The translations under genes were made by a program, and so were the position numbers. Under the pieces are notes generated by a model. It had not been told where the DNA came from. It saw nothing but the letters and a program-made list of their open reading frames with translations, and made no database searches. From Asterias rubens (lineage: Eukaryota): a DNA stretch of 64,000 nucleotides. The stretch covers positions 1,240,001 to 1,304,000 of the forward strand of contig NC_047074.1 in the NCBI RefSeq assembly GCF_902459465.1, read 5' to 3'. The number at the start of each line of letters is the position of its first letter. The first letter of the stretch is position 1. Shown piece by piece: positions 62,621 to 64,000 of the stretch.

Positions 62621-63096
62621 CTCCCTGGTCAAACGTTGTTTAGTTACAGCTGAGTTTGAGAGGGGGAGACCCACGTGGTGTTGTCTTGTAATTCTTGTTT
62701 CAAAATTGCTGTCATTAATTTGCCACAAAAATTACCACCAGCAACTCCACACCAAAGAAATAAATTGCATATTTATTGCAATCTGTTTATGTTGGTATTT
62801 TGGGGGTGGGAAAGAAAGTTGAAACAAACCTCAAAAACAACAAACAAAATGGAATGAGTGGATGTTTTTATGGTTTGAAAACCAGCGCCGTTGGCAATTA
62901 CTCCAAAACGAACAGCTGTTTTTAAACTGCGAGAAAAATTCAGACAACCCAGCAATCGCGAAAAGAAAAAAAAAAAAAAACCACGGATAGCTGTCAGGAG
63001 CAACAAGAGGCAGTTTGCGAAGTGAAAGGAAGAAGACGCTGGATAAAAAGTAAAAACAACAGCGTCTCTGTGACAGCATTAAAGTCTTACCAATCT

Positions 63097-63161
63097 CTGA
63101 TTAGGTTCACAGTGAGATGCAAAATGACTGATTAGGTTCACAGTGAGAAGCAAAATGACTG
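63097..63161. repeat. 31-bp tandem duplication
   Basis: ctgattaggttcacagtgaga.gcaaaatga at 63097 and 63128. Confidence 0.9.
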
Positions 63162-63940
63162 ACGTGTGTCTGGATTGCTGGTGTTGATCACATCTTTCTC
63201 GTTCGTGGATGAATTGGTCTCAAGTCCTATATCCGCAAAGGCAAACCACTGATCCGATCGTCTGCTAGAAGAAAAATAAAAGAGACGAAATAAACGTGAA
63301 AAACAAAACAACACAATTACAGACAGCTGTGTTAGGGGGGATAAAAGATAGATATGTGTTTACGCCTAAAATCCTAAAGATACCAACTTAATACATTCCA
63401 GTTATATACTCCGTCAGTGACTAGGTTTTGTTTTCAAATTGGAAAGCTGGAGTTGGATTGGTTGTATAATTGCAATCTCTGGCGTCATTGCTAGATGGGA
63501 ATACAGATATACTCAAAACCTTTGGGCAAAATTCCAATGCTCGACTTGATTAAAACGAGAAGAAGTGAAAGTAGTTGTAAATAAATATCCCACCCTGTTC
63601 GGTTTTTAGAGACAAGGAGGTTTTCAAAGCAAAGAACATCCACCTCGGCACTCCATACCTCGCCGAACATTCAGACTTAATTTCAAGAGAAAATATATCC
63701 CCATCGTTTTTGGAACCAATTGTTTTCGTAGGTTCGACCCCAACGCTAAGAAATAGGTCATGCTTCATGTTATTTCAGTCACAAGCTGTCTCGACTATAT
63801 TATCATACACATCATCGGGTCATTTATTCCAATTTTGTTGCAGTCTTTCATAACTGGTACGTGCTCCGCGCACCCCTCATAGAGATATAATTGATAATTC
63901 GCAATTTCAATTGTTGAATGACCATAGGCTTCCAAACTCT

Positions 63941-64000
63941 TTAAAGGGAAGCTGTACGTTAGGTAATCACTCTTACAAATAATACCAATAACAGTCATGG
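63941..64000. mobile_element. Probable left end of another TTAA-AGG MITE running off the window
   Basis: TTAAAGGGAAG...ggtaat start resembles the other families. Confidence 0.3.

Noticed and set aside
63550-63998. Two short minus-strand ORFs at the window end as possible exons of a neighbouring gene
   Set aside because: No recognisable domain, and they overlap a probable MITE end.

Overview
Sea-star (Asteroidea) genomic DNA, most likely Asterias or a close asteriid, judged from the encoded protein. The only supported protein-coding gene is the L-type SALMFamide (S1) neuropeptide precursor on the + strand. Coding exon 1 (13983-14165) gives the signal peptide and N-terminal spacer. Coding exon 2 (58722-59171) gives seven amidated peptides including S1, GFNSALMFamide. 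They are joined by one phase-0 intron of 44,556 nt, giving a 210-aa precursor. The rest is non-coding and rich in short mobile elements: about 18 copies of a ~390-bp TTAA-flanked Kolobok-type MITE, fold-back relatives, CWG-flanked PIF/Harbinger-type MITEs, tRNA-derived SINEs, L2-like tails, microsatellites and three N-runs. The most unusual signal is a dispersed Penelope-type short repeat carrying a minimal hammerhead ribozyme motif. It is followed by a hairpin whose copies together rebuild the canonical histone-mRNA 3' stem-loop GGCTCTTTTCAGAGCC, then AACAC and a purine-rich tract. Also noted: a decayed C-type-lectin-like pseudo-exon in the intron, and 8 perfect CRE palindromes in and around the gene. 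All calls were made by eye with no database searches.
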